Numbered from the stretch's first letter, positions 43,475-54,410 are shown. The stretch: DNA of 64,000 nucleotides from an uncultured Chlamydiae bacterium (GCA_963830365.1 CAWHMU010000041.1:43335-107334); one strand, 5' to 3'. Notes: generated by a model not told the origin, from the sequence alone. Translations and numbers: made by a program.

Positions 43475-43593
43475 AAAAAACCATGTTTTTAAAGTGAAGT
43501 AATAATGTACCAAAAAAACGCTTTTACTTCAATAAAATTGGATATTGTAGTTAAGTAGCCTAACCTAGTATTTGTCAATGACGTGCTGGGAGG

Positions 43594-43972
43594 CTCATCA
43601 CGCAAATGAGTACCTGTCCTAGAGAATGGGGGAAATGGATTAGTTTGAAATGGTTGAAAAAAGAGAAGCAGACATCTATTAGGTCTCTTGAAGTAAAAAT
43701 GAATTTAACATGCCTGCTTTAATGTTGCACCATACCAATCAAATCGAGAATATACAAATCAAAACCGGTTCATCAAACAAATGCGTACCTATGAGGTTTT
43801 CCCGATCTTCTCTGTGACTCTGTGCCTCTGTGGTGAAATCCGCTTGCTGGTGGCATAGCATTATTAATCATAGTGTTACAAAAAGCTTCACCACCGAGAC
43901 ACAGAGGCACAGAGAAGGAAAATGGAGATTGCTCTTAGGGTTTTGTTAATTAGGTACTCATTTGCGTGATGA
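43594..43972. mobile_element. MITE-like remnant with 21-bp TIRs and a nested family D palindrome (43807-43917)
   Basis: TCATCACGCAAATGAGTACCT / AGGTACTCATTTGCGTGATGA; degenerate third end at 43767-43790. Confidence 0.7.
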
Positions 43973-44068
43973 ACCATATGCTTCCGTCGTATTCACGTCT
44001 AACAATGTTTTAATTCTTGGCGGTTGAATGATACTTGGCTACGAAAATTCTCGATAACATATGGCGCA

Positions 44069-44112
44069 ATTTCGGTTGAACGGTTTGAGGTCTCAAGCCG
44101 TTCAACCGAAAT
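44069..44112. repeat. ~21-bp-stem hairpin downstream of the IS3-disrupted gene
   Basis: ATTTCGGTTGAACGGTTTGAG-GT-CTCAAGCCGTTCAACCGAAAT. Confidence 0.75.
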
Positions 44113-44128
44113 GTCGCGGTGAGCCCAC

Positions 44129-47126
44129 TCAGCCTTTTGCTGAAAAGATCACCTTACGAGCTATTTCTAGGAGTTCACAGTCATCCGGTAGTTGTAGCAT
44201 GTTAGCGCTGGCGATGATGCGCCTGGCAAATGCAACCGCTTGCACGGGGTCGCTGCCTAGTCGCTTTAGTTCATTCGCAAGGCCGGTTGCCTGAAGGGCA
44301 CGTAGGTTTGCAGCTGTTTTTTCAAATTCGCTTTGCAAAGAGTTCAAGTGCTCGCCCAAAAATTTGGCTTGCGGATGCTTGCTGACGAAATCATCCGCAT
44401 TGAGGATGTCCTTAGTTTCTTGGGAATAATCCAAGGCCTTTGTTACGGCCATACGCTCACTATGCTCATTGCAAAATTTTGTAAATATTGATTGCGTGAT
44501 TTTATGGTCGTTTGCAAGCGCGTTTTTGCATATGAGTATGAGTTCTTGCTTTTGACGACATTTGTCTTTGTATGCGCGGATGGAGGCAGATACATCAAAA
44601 TAGAACTCCTCCAACTTTTTATTCCCAACATCATCCCTATCATTGTATTTTAAACGCGCTACATCGGTTTTGATTTGATCCAATAACCCAGACGCCATCA
44701 TGTTGACTTCTGCTTGCTGAGCCTGACTCAAATTGTTTGTGACATGCTTTATTCTAGAAATAAAATCACGGGATAGTTCCGGTGATGAATCCAGAATCCC
44801 TTCTAATTTTCGACGCCGCTGCTCTTGCACTTGTATTTGTGCGCAAATATTCATAGCTGTAGATGTGATACCATCAACTTTTCTTTTTCTATTAATAGTA
44901 GCATAAGTGCTGTTTTTTGAAATCATCTCCAGATTAGCTATGGAAGATAATGTCGTCATAACGGCATATAACGGGGTTAAATCTTCAATCTTCCGATCAT
45001 ACGCTGAGCACAAAATATCAGGATGGTAGCCACGGCCTATCAAAATTTCATTCAGTTTTTCTCCTAACATGCGCTCCCATTGATCACTCATTTGGTTGGC
45101 GATGAGTATTGAGAAGTCGTGGAAGTCGTATGCTTTGATACGTTCTGCGGTTTTCGGTTTCAGCACCAGGCCATTTAACTCATCTACGCGCTGTCTTTTC
45201 TGCATCATCTTTTCAATTTTATGCAGACTATCTAAAGTGGTCCCCTTTGTCTAGACAAAAAATGGGAAAAGTTAAGCTAATAACCTCAAGTTTTTGTTGT
45301 TCTTGCAGCTAAAGGGGGAGTTTGAGGGGGCTTGCCCCCTCAAGTTCCTTTAAAAATCAAGGTAATCCAAGTCCAACGAAGGCGGAAGGGGGGTAAGGGG
45401 GCTTGCCCCCTTTTCCTAAAGGCTCTGCCTAGAAAAATACACCTCCGCAGGCGTTTTATAACCCAGTCCTTGGTGTGGCCTGCTCTCGTTGTAAAACTTA
45501 AAATAACTCTTAAGTCCATTACGGACATCTTTTAAGCTTTCATACCCTTTTGGATAAATCTCTTCATACTTCACGCTTCTCCAGAGCCTTTCAATAAACA
45601 CATTATCAAGGGCTCTGCCTTTTCCATCCATACTGATTCTGACTCCGCCTGCTTCTAATCTCTCTACAAACCGACAGCAGGTGAATTGAACTCCTTGGTC
45701 TGTGTTGAATATCTCAGGACTAGCTCGAGAAAGCCCTCTTTCTAATGCATTAATGCAAAATTCCGCATCCAGCAGATTCGAAAGTTCCCATTCGATCACA
45801 TACCTGCTAAACCAATCGATGATCGCAAAAAGGTATCCAAATCCTTTCAACAAAGGAACGTAGGTGATATCTGCAGCCCATGCCAAATCGGGTTTATCTA
45901 CTACAATCCCTCTTAGTAGGTAAGGAAACTTTTTATGCTCCTTATTTGCCGCACTCAGATTGGGCTTGGGATAGATTGCTTCTAAACCCATTGTCTGCAT
46001 CGCCGTTCGAATCCTTTTTCCTCCTACAAAAAAACCTTGAGCTCTCATTGCTATCGTCATCCGTCTTCTTCCATAGAAGGGAGTTTGAAGATATTGTTCA
46101 TCAATAGCCCGCATGAGTGCCAAATCTTCCTCGTTGGGCTGTTTGGCCTTATAATACAACCCAGATCGTGACATTCCAAGCAAATGACACTGACTTGATA
46201 GCGACAACTTCTTATGATCTGGCTCTATTAGAAGTCGTCGAGAATTTAAGTCAAACATCCTAACTTTTTTTTAAGCCACTCCACCTCCATTTTAAGACGT
46301 CCGATTTGCTCGAAAAGTTCTGCCTTTTCTTTAACTTCCTGTGCTGTCCCAGTCATCTTGCTCGGTTTTTCAAATACAGTTGTGGCAGTTGATAAAAAGT
46401 GTTTTTTCCACTCCGACAACACGATAGGATGCACTCCCAGTTCACCGGATAATTGACTTGCAGTCTTTTCTCCCTTCAAAATCTCAAGCACGGCTTTGAC
46501 TTTAAATTCTGGGGGATATTTTTTTCTTGTTCGGCTCATTTTCACCTCTTTTCTTAAAGAGGGTATTAGCTTAGACCATTGTCCAAATTTCCGGGACCAT
46601 TATAATCTTCGAGTATTTTGGACGCAGCTTCTTGCTCTTTTTGCGACAGATTTTTTTTACAATCTTCAAAATTCGAGCGCAGAGTTTTAGTAATGGAGGC
46701 AAAGTTTGGAAAATTCATCTCTCGGTCATCGAGGAGGGGGAGGCAGCTCAGCAGTTGGGCATTAGCATGGGGCGTTGCCGTAGGGGCTATATCCGGACTG
46801 TTAAAAGGGGTTTTGCTGAGGCTGTTAGTGAGGTCGCTGCTACGTGGCTTGAAAGGTGTCATGGTAGGACTTTTGAAAGGGGCGCTATTCGGACTGTTGG
46901 GTGGGGTTATACTAGCAAGAATTATTCTAGGATTTTGGTAATTTTCATTTTTGAAGGTAGGTTGAGCGGCGCTAGCAGTTTTATTTTCTATATCCGTATC
47001 TGCCGAAGTCGTGTGTGCGGAAGTCGTGTGTGCGGAAGTCGTGTGTGCTGAAGTTTTTATTTCCTGGCTGTATGCCGCAACGGTTGCAGGAGTTAAGTTA
47101 AAGGAGTGGTTGTTTAATTCGGTCAT
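44129..47126 (-). pseudogene. Putative secreted protein (paralogue family, ~540 aa rejoined) interrupted by IS3 copy 2
   Basis: ...AASKILED | SLHKIEKMMQKRQ... rejoins in frame after removing the IS and one GAT; 15-bp tandem repeat (TSAHT x3) near the 5' end. Confidence 0.8.
45233..46604 (-). mobile_element. IS3-family element, copy 2 (orfA 46246-46545, orfB 45416-46258)
   Basis: Reverse complement of 12560-13931; the proteins differ only at W/R in FTCC[W/R]F; ATC on both flanks. Confidence 0.95.
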
Positions 47127-47425
47127 GCTAAAGACATTGAAAATCCTTAGTATTGTAATTGGAGTATACAAGCATAACCATTCAGTTTATATAAATCAAG
47201 TTTATAAAAGTGTAATAAAATTCGGTTGTTGGGTTTAATCTTCTGCACATGGAGACTGTTAAATTTTTAACGGACTGCCACGTATTGAATATTCGAGATT
47301 GAAGTTCAACAAAAAAAACTTAGCTTATGATTTGGAAAATCCCCGAAGAGGACATGTTGATATGTCGACAGTATCATTTCACGTAGATTCTAACGCTAAG
47401 CGTGTCAGTTTTATAGGCTTGGAGT

Positions 47426-48343
47426 CTAGTCCATATGAAGTTCGCTGAAACGGTAGGGCTCAATCTTAATATAGGCGTTGATGGCCTTATCCAGCTCTTT
47501 TTTTTTGGATTGAAATTCCACCAGCTTGTACTGATGTGCGGCAGCTTGGGCCGGACCGATGACGCGGTTGTAGGCAAACAAGCCTTTATTGGCTTTATCC
47601 CTATAATTTAAAGCATTGATGGTGGCCGATAGGCTCGCGGAAGCTTGGCATTGTTTTTCATAGGTCCATTTACAAATTTCTTGCAAATTGAAGTTGTCCG
47701 GTTGCTTTCCATAATCGGCATGAGCTTGCTTAAGTTTCTGCAGAAGATTTTCCTGCCATTGAAAGTGCAGGCCATAGGCCGTGCTGGTGGCTTCTACGTA
47801 AAAGGATAATTTCTGCAGTTCAATGAGTTTGTCATAGCTGATTTTATAGTCATGCTGACGCAGTTTTTGACTGGATACATAGTCGCGTAGTTCTTTCTCT
47901 ACCACCCTGCAGATGTTCGTAAAGGCGCTGCTGATTTTTCTGCGCATTTCAGCCCTTTCATGCTCCTTTGACAGTGTATCTATCATGACATCGCATTTTG
48001 TTCTGCCTTCGCCATCCAGATAATTCAGATTGGTGGCTTTCAAATATCTTTGTTCATATTTCGGATTTACAACTAATTCAGAAAATGATAACCGCCCGTA
48101 AACAACGCCAACGGTATTTTCGGTGTCGGAGTCGGTATCCGTATCCGTATAGGCATCCGAATCGGAATGATTAGATAAGCTGGATTGTAATGCAGATGCG
48201 GTAAAGGGAGTACTTGGGTAATAAGCCTGGTTGGATTCAGCTGAGTGGCTTTTGCTGTCATCTTCGGTGGGGCTTTCAAACTGCATTGTTGAAAACGTAA
48301 TTGCTTGTGAGCCTGGACCGGTAGTTAGATTCATGCTGTTCAT
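47426..48343 (-). CDS. Putative secreted protein, paralogue family member
   Basis: S/T/D-rich N-terminus; LLQKLKQA...YEKQCQA...ALNYRDKA similar to 39076-40371. Confidence 0.65.
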   Translation of the reverse strand: MNSMNLTTGPGSQAITFSTMQFESPTEDDSKSHSAESNQAYYPSTPFTASALQSSLSNHSDSDAYTDTDTDSDTENTVGVVYGRLSFSELVVNPKYEQRYLKATNLNYLDGEGRTKCDVMIDTLSKEHERAEMRRKISSAFTNICRVVEKELRDYVSSQKLRQHDYKISYDKLIELQKLSFYVEATSTAYGLHFQWQENLLQKLKQAHADYGKQPDNFNLQEICKWTYEKQCQASASLSATINALNYRDKANKGLFAYNRVIGPAQAAAHQYKLVEFQSKKKELDKAINAYIKIEPYRFSELHMD

Positions 48344-48418
48344 GCCTCGCCGTTGTTAAAATTACAACGTGCATGAAGTAGCATTTGATTTCAAAAACAA
48401 TTTTGATGGTTATGCTGA

Positions 48419-49828
48419 CTAAGCGCTGACAGATAGTGACAATACCGTGACATTATCGTGCGACTGCCCTTGATGTAGGGCGTAGGAGACAAGCGCTTTT
48501 GCTATGTTTGCTGGCTTGGCTTTTGCAAGCACCGTGATGATAGCTCTTTCCGGCACATAGTCTTTAAGTCCATCGCAGGCCAGGATCAGTTTGTCTCCTG
48601 GCAGCAGCATGTTGACGGTGATTTTCGGTTTGTGGATGATGCCCGGCTTCTCATGGATGTTAGCGCCCACATCGCCAATGGCGCGGCTGACATTGATCCC
48701 ATAGTGCCTATGGGGATAACGCAGTCGTTTGGGATCTGTGGCTTTAGGCCATTCCAAGGCTATCGTTGGATCGTTTTTGGCATCGGCTGCGCGTTTGGCA
48801 TCTTTTTGGCTGGACCAATCGCGCACACAGGAGAGGGGGATGGATTTCAGTTGACCTTTGATTTGGCGGTAGATATTGGCTTCGCTATCGCCCAAGGTGG
48901 CGGTGTAAACCATGTTGGTGTGCTTATCGATGAAGCAGACAACGGCGGTGCTGCCCATGTGCTGCCAAGCAGGGGTGCTGGCGACCTCATCGTGGATTTC
49001 GTTGATCAAGGCTTCAAAGGCCTGTCTCACCCCGCCTTTGGCCGCCTTTAGGGCTTGCGAGAATCTATCCTGGAAGGCAGCGTTGGCATAGCCTGCCACA
49101 TTTTTTCCGCCGTGCCCATCGAAGAGGCCGGTGAGGATGCCTTGTTCAATTGCAAGGCAGAAATGTGCATCTTCCATGGACGGCCTGCGTCCTTGCGCTT
49201 CATGGGCGGTGTATGAGAAAGTTAAACCTGGGATATTTTGCGCTTTGTCAGCACTGTTTAGTGTGGCCGCCACCTCCATCACGGTGGCATAGGCATCGGC
49301 ATCATAGCCATCTTTACTGCGATGTTCCTCGATGGCTTTTTGGCTGTTTTTTAGCAATTTATGTTTAGCATGCATTAATTGCTGCATGGGATCAAGAGCT
49401 AGTAGCGCTTCAAGACTTTTCAGTTTGTTTTCAAAGGTGGCTATTTTGGTCAATTCTTTTTTATTTACGGAGGAATGATTTAAAGTGTGGCAGGCTTCTT
49501 TTATTTCGTGCAGGCGTTTTTGGTTTAATAAAATTTCCTTCGTATTAAGCGGAGTCTCTTCAGTTATCGATTTTTTGAGCGCGCTGAGATCTTTAGTGAT
49601 GATAGCGATGTTCTTATCCAACAGTTTCAGCGTGGCTGCGTTATTATAATGCTTCCCCGTCTGGAAAAGGATTTTGATGCGCTGCCACAGCAACGCTAAT
49701 TGGTCCAGGCGTGTCCAGATTTTCCCACGGAAAATGGCCGTGTCTTTGATGACTTTGGTGGTCGGTGTCAGAAAATTCAGATGCTTTTCTAAGGATTGGT
49801 AATCGGCTTTGGGTTGGACATTTGACAT
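48419..49828 (-). CDS. PP2C/PPM-family Ser/Thr phosphatase with a ~200-aa N-terminal extension
   Basis: QGRRPSMEDAH, LFDGHGG, GSTAVV, LGDS, VSRAIGD, LILACDGL, DNVTV. Confidence 0.92.
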   Translation of the reverse strand: MSNVQPKADYQSLEKHLNFLTPTTKVIKDTAIFRGKIWTRLDQLALLWQRIKILFQTGKHYNNAATLKLLDKNIAIITKDLSALKKSITEETPLNTKEILLNQKRLHEIKEACHTLNHSSVNKKELTKIATFENKLKSLEALLALDPMQQLMHAKHKLLKNSQKAIEEHRSKDGYDADAYATVMEVAATLNSADKAQNIPGLTFSYTAHEAQGRRPSMEDAHFCLAIEQGILTGLFDGHGGKNVAGYANAAFQDRFSQALKAAKGGVRQAFEALINEIHDEVASTPAWQHMGSTAVVCFIDKHTNMVYTATLGDSEANIYRQIKGQLKSIPLSCVRDWSSQKDAKRAADAKNDPTIALEWPKATDPKRLRYPHRHYGINVSRAIGDVGANIHEKPGIIHKPKITVNMLLPGDKLILACDGLKDYVPERAIITVLAKAKPANIAKALVSYALHQGQSHDNVTVLSLSVSA

Positions 49829-50021
49829 AAATGACTTCCATGCTGGATTAGAAGTTTGTTTATTAAATGTTTTTATTGCGTGTGTTTATGTTGCTAATTA
49901 TATCACATACAGTTTTTAGTGTTCAATGTGTAATTGATAAGTGTATTTAAACTTTCAGAAAGATGCGTTTATAAATCAAATGTTGATGCCGGCGGCGTAT
50001 GATACGCAGAGGGTAGAGAAG

Positions 50022-50505
50022 CTTGTCGTTACCTATAGTTATCAAGCTAATATTGTAAGTCATTTTTTTGGCCATGATCGCCTATTCGGTCAAGAAAGCA
50101 AAAAGAGAGGAACTCCTACAGAGTTAAATGCAATTATTCGTTTTCCCGTAGAGGCTGTTTTCGCTTGCGCTCGCGAGCCTTAACTACGGGCTACAAAGAG
50201 ATCGATCTGCAAGACCTCAAAAGAACTCATGGCCTATGTAGCAGCAGAGAAGGTAGATTAATAAACCTCATTGTGAATATATTTCAAAGTTTTTTTTGTT
50301 GGCGGAGCTTATCTCTTTGTAGCCCGTGGCTAAGGCGTGCGAGCGAAAGCGAAGACAGCCGCAGCTACGGGAAAACGGATATTCTTGTTTAACTCCGTAG
50401 GAGTTCCTCTCTTTTTGCTTTGGTGACCGAATATTTCCCCTAGAAAGATGATAATGGCAAAAAAATACTTAAAATATTCGATTGATAGTTGTGGGTAACG
50501 ACAAG
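50022..50505 (+). mobile_element. Intact family A MITE-like element (484 bp, ~180-195-bp imperfect inverted arms)
   Basis: CTTGTCGTTACC...GGTAACGACAAG; flanks GGTAGAGAAG / GGCAGAGAAG (10-bp direct repeat with 1 mismatch); no credible ORF. Confidence 0.92.
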
Positions 50506-50721
50506 GGCAGAGAAGCTGCCAAAATAAGCTATACCACGCACAGCCGAAATATGAACAACCTAGCCGCACGTTGTACATGTTCACACTTACAGGTAAAACT
50601 TTCGGTCACGGGCAGACGCGAGCATGCGGCCTTGGCCGGAATCTAAAATACGGTTTGGACACCGGCAATGGCGCTCTGTGCACCTTTTGCCATAATGATT
50701 TTCGTTAAAAAATACTACCAG

Positions 50722-50769
50722 GATATTAGGTGGACAGGATAACTGATTTATCCTGTCTACCTAATATCA
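50722..50769. repeat. ACAGGAT/ATCCTGT hairpin
   Basis: GATATTAGGTGGACAGGATAA ... TTATCCTGTCTACCTAATATC. Confidence 0.7.
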
Positions 50770-50859
50770 TGTTGTTTTTCTAAATTTTGACCGAACTGAT
50801 GCACATTCCCCGAAAACACAAGTGAAATAGAACAAAAACTGGGTACGATTGCGTTCAAA

Positions 50860-52269
50860 TCATCGAGAGGGGCTTTTATCGCTCACGACCGTGCTATTTT
50901 CTAGCACGATTTTTAATAGGTCGAGGCCATGATGTGCAATAGGGGAGTCGTAGAGGCCAAAAGCTGCCGCAGAAGCTGTCTTTTTGGCGGCAAGTTCCAT
51001 TTGATTTGGACAGCTGTCGGCGGCAGTGGGAAAGTAAAGTGTCTTAAAAGATCCGCTTCGTTTGCCCAGGTTGCCGATGAAGTCGGCATCCATGGAGATG
51101 GAATGATAGGCTGGATATGCGCTAACGGCAGGTTTTAGGCCGAGGTCCGCGCATATTTTTTTAGCTTCATCAGCAAGCAATACCCCTGGGGCGTTGAAGG
51201 CATAAATTTTGTCTGCGTGCATTGCCCCGATGATGGCGGCCAAATACCCTCCAATCGAGTGGCCGAGGGTGATCGTCTCACAGTCCTTAGTGATGTAGCT
51301 ATCGTCCTTAAGTTTCATGACATATGCGTGTATGGCTTTAACATTAGCCAGCAGGTTGGGATAGCCATCCGGCAGCATGAAGCTTTTGACAGTTGCTGTT
51401 ATGGTCCCAACTGCCGCGCCGGTGAGGGCACCAGCTGTTGCGCTGCAGGTGCTGACAGCCATGCCGATGAGGGGTGGTCCGAAGCGAGAAGCTTCAATTA
51501 TCGTGGCCGGAACACTTGCCATAGCAGTGCCTAGACGCCAACCGTTCATTGCGCCATTGATCGCGCCGTCACCAACATTATATATGATGTGCATGGCATG
51601 TGTCAGAGAGTTGACCCTTTTAGCACGAGAGGTGATGAGGGCTTTGGTTTTTTTTATCAGATCATCGCTGATTTTGTAGTCGTAGCGTTTCTCTGAGATG
51701 ATATTAGCATATTCAACCGCATTGATCAGTTCGTCGTCGCTCTTATGACTGCCAATGGCGAGATCTGAGAACAGATGTTTTGACATTGGGCCAAGATCTT
51801 TATCGGGAGGGGAGGTGCAGATGCCGATGATGATTTGATCGCCATGCTGGTATGCTTCTACCTTAAGTCCTTTGGGTAAGGCGATCTTCAGATTTTCGGG
51901 GTTTGGCAGCATACTGAGGGATTTGGGAAACAAGGTATCAACTTGTTTAAATAAGCTAGGCGCTTGCTCTATTTCCACCGTCATCAGCTGAGCCAGCGAG
52001 GCCATGCCGAGGAGAGTCTCTTTTTCCGCCTGTGAGGAAAATATGTTTAGTTGCTGCAAGCTCTTGCGAATGGATTCTGGGAGATGGATTTCTTTAGGCG
52101 ACTTTTGGCTAGCAGAAGGGGGGAGCCACTTTTCATAGGATATGCTACTTTCATGCAGGTTTTGTTTTACTTCTTCATCAGCAGCTTTAGGGGGCGATGG
52201 AATTGTTGCGGGCTGAAGTTTGTCTGCGCTTGTCATAGGCCAGATAAGTGACTTAACATACGAGACCAT
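50860..52269 (-). CDS. Alpha/beta-hydrolase (lipase class 3-like) with an internal Gly/Ala-rich hydrophobic insert; putative effector
   Basis: LGHSIGGYLA nucleophile elbow, AFNAPG, DFIGNLG, C-terminal AHH. Confidence 0.8.
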   Translation of the reverse strand: MVSYVKSLIWPMTSADKLQPATIPSPPKAADEEVKQNLHESSISYEKWLPPSASQKSPKEIHLPESIRKSLQQLNIFSSQAEKETLLGMASLAQLMTVEIEQAPSLFKQVDTLFPKSLSMLPNPENLKIALPKGLKVEAYQHGDQIIIGICTSPPDKDLGPMSKHLFSDLAIGSHKSDDELINAVEYANIISEKRYDYKISDDLIKKTKALITSRAKRVNSLTHAMHIIYNVGDGAINGAMNGWRLGTAMASVPATIIEASRFGPPLIGMAVSTCSATAGALTGAAVGTITATVKSFMLPDGYPNLLANVKAIHAYVMKLKDDSYITKDCETITLGHSIGGYLAAIIGAMHADKIYAFNAPGVLLADEAKKICADLGLKPAVSAYPAYHSISMDADFIGNLGKRSGSFKTLYFPTAADSCPNQMELAAKKTASAAAFGLYDSPIAHHGLDLLKIVLENSTVVSDKSPSR

Positions 52270-52648
52270 AATTGCCCCTTAGCTACAAAATAGGATAAGC
52301 AGATTATACAGGATCCGGAAACAACCATTATTCACTTCTTACCCTGTTTTCTCATAGACATCAACTTAAAAAATAAAATAGCTCGTTGTTGATGGGAAGC
52401 GCTGGTTTACAAAACAGTTCAACGCAAAGCGTGACACCCTAACGGGAAATAACATGGAATGCAACGCAGCGATACTAAAAGTTATTTGACAAGGGAGCTA
52501 AAGGCTATAGATAATTTCGTCCATCAAAACATCCAGGATTTCGGAGCCTAAGTTAGCCGTGAATACGGCGGAGGCATGTAGCCACAGGTGTGAAACTGTG
52601 GGGCGCCATGGGACAACTTTCAATAGAAAAATTTCATTGTATATAAAG

Positions 52649-52683
52649 CAAAAAGGCAGGTTCCGATCTCTCGGAACCTGCCT
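52649..52683 (-). terminator. Intrinsic terminator of omcB
   Basis: 13-bp stem AGGCAGGTTCCGA / TCGGAACCTGCCT with a short U tract on the minus strand. Confidence 0.75.
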
Positions 52684-52718
52684 CGCAACTAGCAACAGAT
52701 GCCCTTAGGCTCTGTCAA

Positions 52719-54410
52719 TTAGTTTACAATCGTGCCTTCTTGCTGCATGATTGGTGTCTTGGCTGAATCAGAAGTGATTTCCAGCACAACACGCGCATCA
52801 CCAGATTCTTTTGCACGGGCATCAACACGGTATTTCAACGTTTGGCGTGGGCCTAGGTTGTTAGCCGGTGCAAAGGTGACTACTTGACCAGATACAGTAC
52901 CTGGGGTGTCGCCAGTGGCCGCTACCGGTGTGATTTCCTTAGGGAAACGTACCGTTACAACAACGTTGCTGTCAGCTTCTGAACCTTGGTTCGTGACAGT
53001 GATGCAGTAGCTGGTCGGTTCGCCAATGCAGATTGGGTTATCTGTAATGGTGATGCAACCGTTAAGAGCTGGGCGTCCTTTCCAACGGGTGGTGTATTCG
53101 GCACAGGCATTGCAACCTTCGCAATCGGTGACGGATACTTTGTTGGTGAAGCAACCAGGAACGCAAGTTGTCAAAGTAACGGTGAACGATACTTTTTCGC
53201 CAGCTTTCAGTTCTTTCAGTTTCCACACGGCTTGGTTGCCATTGACTGTTGCACCGTTAGCTGCCACGATAGATGTGGAGTTAGGAGCAACATCGGCTAC
53301 GACAACTTCATGCAATGTTTTATCGCCTGTGTTTGTCACAGTGATCTGGTAGTCGGCATTTTTGCCGATTTGCTGTTCTTTTGGTCCGACTTTAGCAATG
53401 TCGACACCACAGCAGCAGATGCATGTGCAAGCCTGGCAGTTTACTGTGTCGGCGTTGCAAGCAGTCACAACAACTGTATTGCATACTTTACCACGCTTAA
53501 CAGCAGTGAAGCATACATTGACTTTCTTTGTCTGGCATGGCTCTAGGCTGCCCAGTTTGTAGGTCAATGTGCGCAGGCAGCTGCTGTGCTCGAGGCCGTC
53601 TGGTACGTTGTCTGTAACAACCACATCTTCAGCTGTGCAGCTGCCGCGGTTGGATACAGTGATGGTGTAGTTTACTGGATCGCCTGGGCAAGCTTCAGCA
53701 GGGCCGCACTTTTCGCAAGTCAGCACTGGCTTTGCGCAGAGTAGCGAGCAGAATCTGACTGGTGTGGCTGTGGCGCAGAAGCAAGCGCACTGTTCGCCTT
53801 CGCATTCACACTGTACCCAAATTTTGCCAGGTCTTACTTCGCCTTTCTTCATCGGTCCGATGTTCCAGGTTACTTTGCGGCCTTCGACTTTGGCTTCAGG
53901 CTGGCTTCTGATGTAAGAAACGCCATCTGGCAGGTGTGTAGTGACAACTACGTCGCACACATCATCGCAGGCTCTGACATCAAATTCCAAAGGATATTGG
54001 TTGCCGAGCATGCACATGCCAGGATTTCTGCCTGTGACAGTGATACCATCGCGGCAGCAAAGTTCATTGCTGGTTGGGTAATGGCATCTCTGCAAAGGTT
54101 TGCAAAATGGTTCTGGCGGGCAGATAGGTGCTGGCGCACATGGTGGTGGGCAAACAGGCGCGCACACTGGTGGGCAAACTGGTCTGCATGCAGGCGCGCA
54201 TACTGGCGGACATACAGGCTTGCAAGGCGCTGGAGGTGGGCATACAGGCTTGCATGGTGGTGGGCATACAGGCTGTTCGCAAACAGGCATGCATGGTTGC
54301 TCACATACAGATGGTGTGTCGCAGCATTTATTGCTGGAACAGCCCACCCATAGGAGTGCCGTCGTGCATAAAAAAAGCAACGAGGTGAAAATCCCCAATT
54401 GTTTTCTCAT
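52719..54410 (-). CDS. omcB: Large cysteine-rich outer membrane complex protein OmcB
   Basis: Cys-rich DUF11-like repeats, YPLEFDV, TTRWKG, DNPICIGE; follows omcA. Confidence 0.92.
   Translation of the reverse strand: MRKQLGIFTSLLFLCTTALLWVGCSSNKCCDTPSVCEQPCMPVCEQPVCPPPCKPVCPPPAPCKPVCPPVCAPACRPVCPPVCAPVCPPPCAPAPICPPEPFCKPLQRCHYPTSNELCCRDGITVTGRNPGMCMLGNQYPLEFDVRACDDVCDVVVTTHLPDGVSYIRSQPEAKVEGRKVTWNIGPMKKGEVRPGKIWVQCECEGEQCACFCATATPVRFCSLLCAKPVLTCEKCGPAEACPGDPVNYTITVSNRGSCTAEDVVVTDNVPDGLEHSSCLRTLTYKLGSLEPCQTKKVNVCFTAVKRGKVCNTVVVTACNADTVNCQACTCICCCGVDIAKVGPKEQQIGKNADYQITVTNTGDKTLHEVVVADVAPNSTSIVAANGATVNGNQAVWKLKELKAGEKVSFTVTLTTCVPGCFTNKVSVTDCEGCNACAEYTTRWKGRPALNGCITITDNPICIGEPTSYCITVTNQGSEADSNVVVTVRFPKEITPVAATGDTPGTVSGQVVTFAPANNLGPRQTLKYRVDARAKESGDARVVLEITSDSAKTPIMQQEGTIVN

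Noticed and set aside
47003..47053. 15-bp tandem repeat
   Set aside because: In-frame coding repeat (TSAHT x3) in a low-complexity N-terminus; not an array
49941..50584. Short ORFs across the family A element
   Set aside because: Frames are not preserved between the three copies
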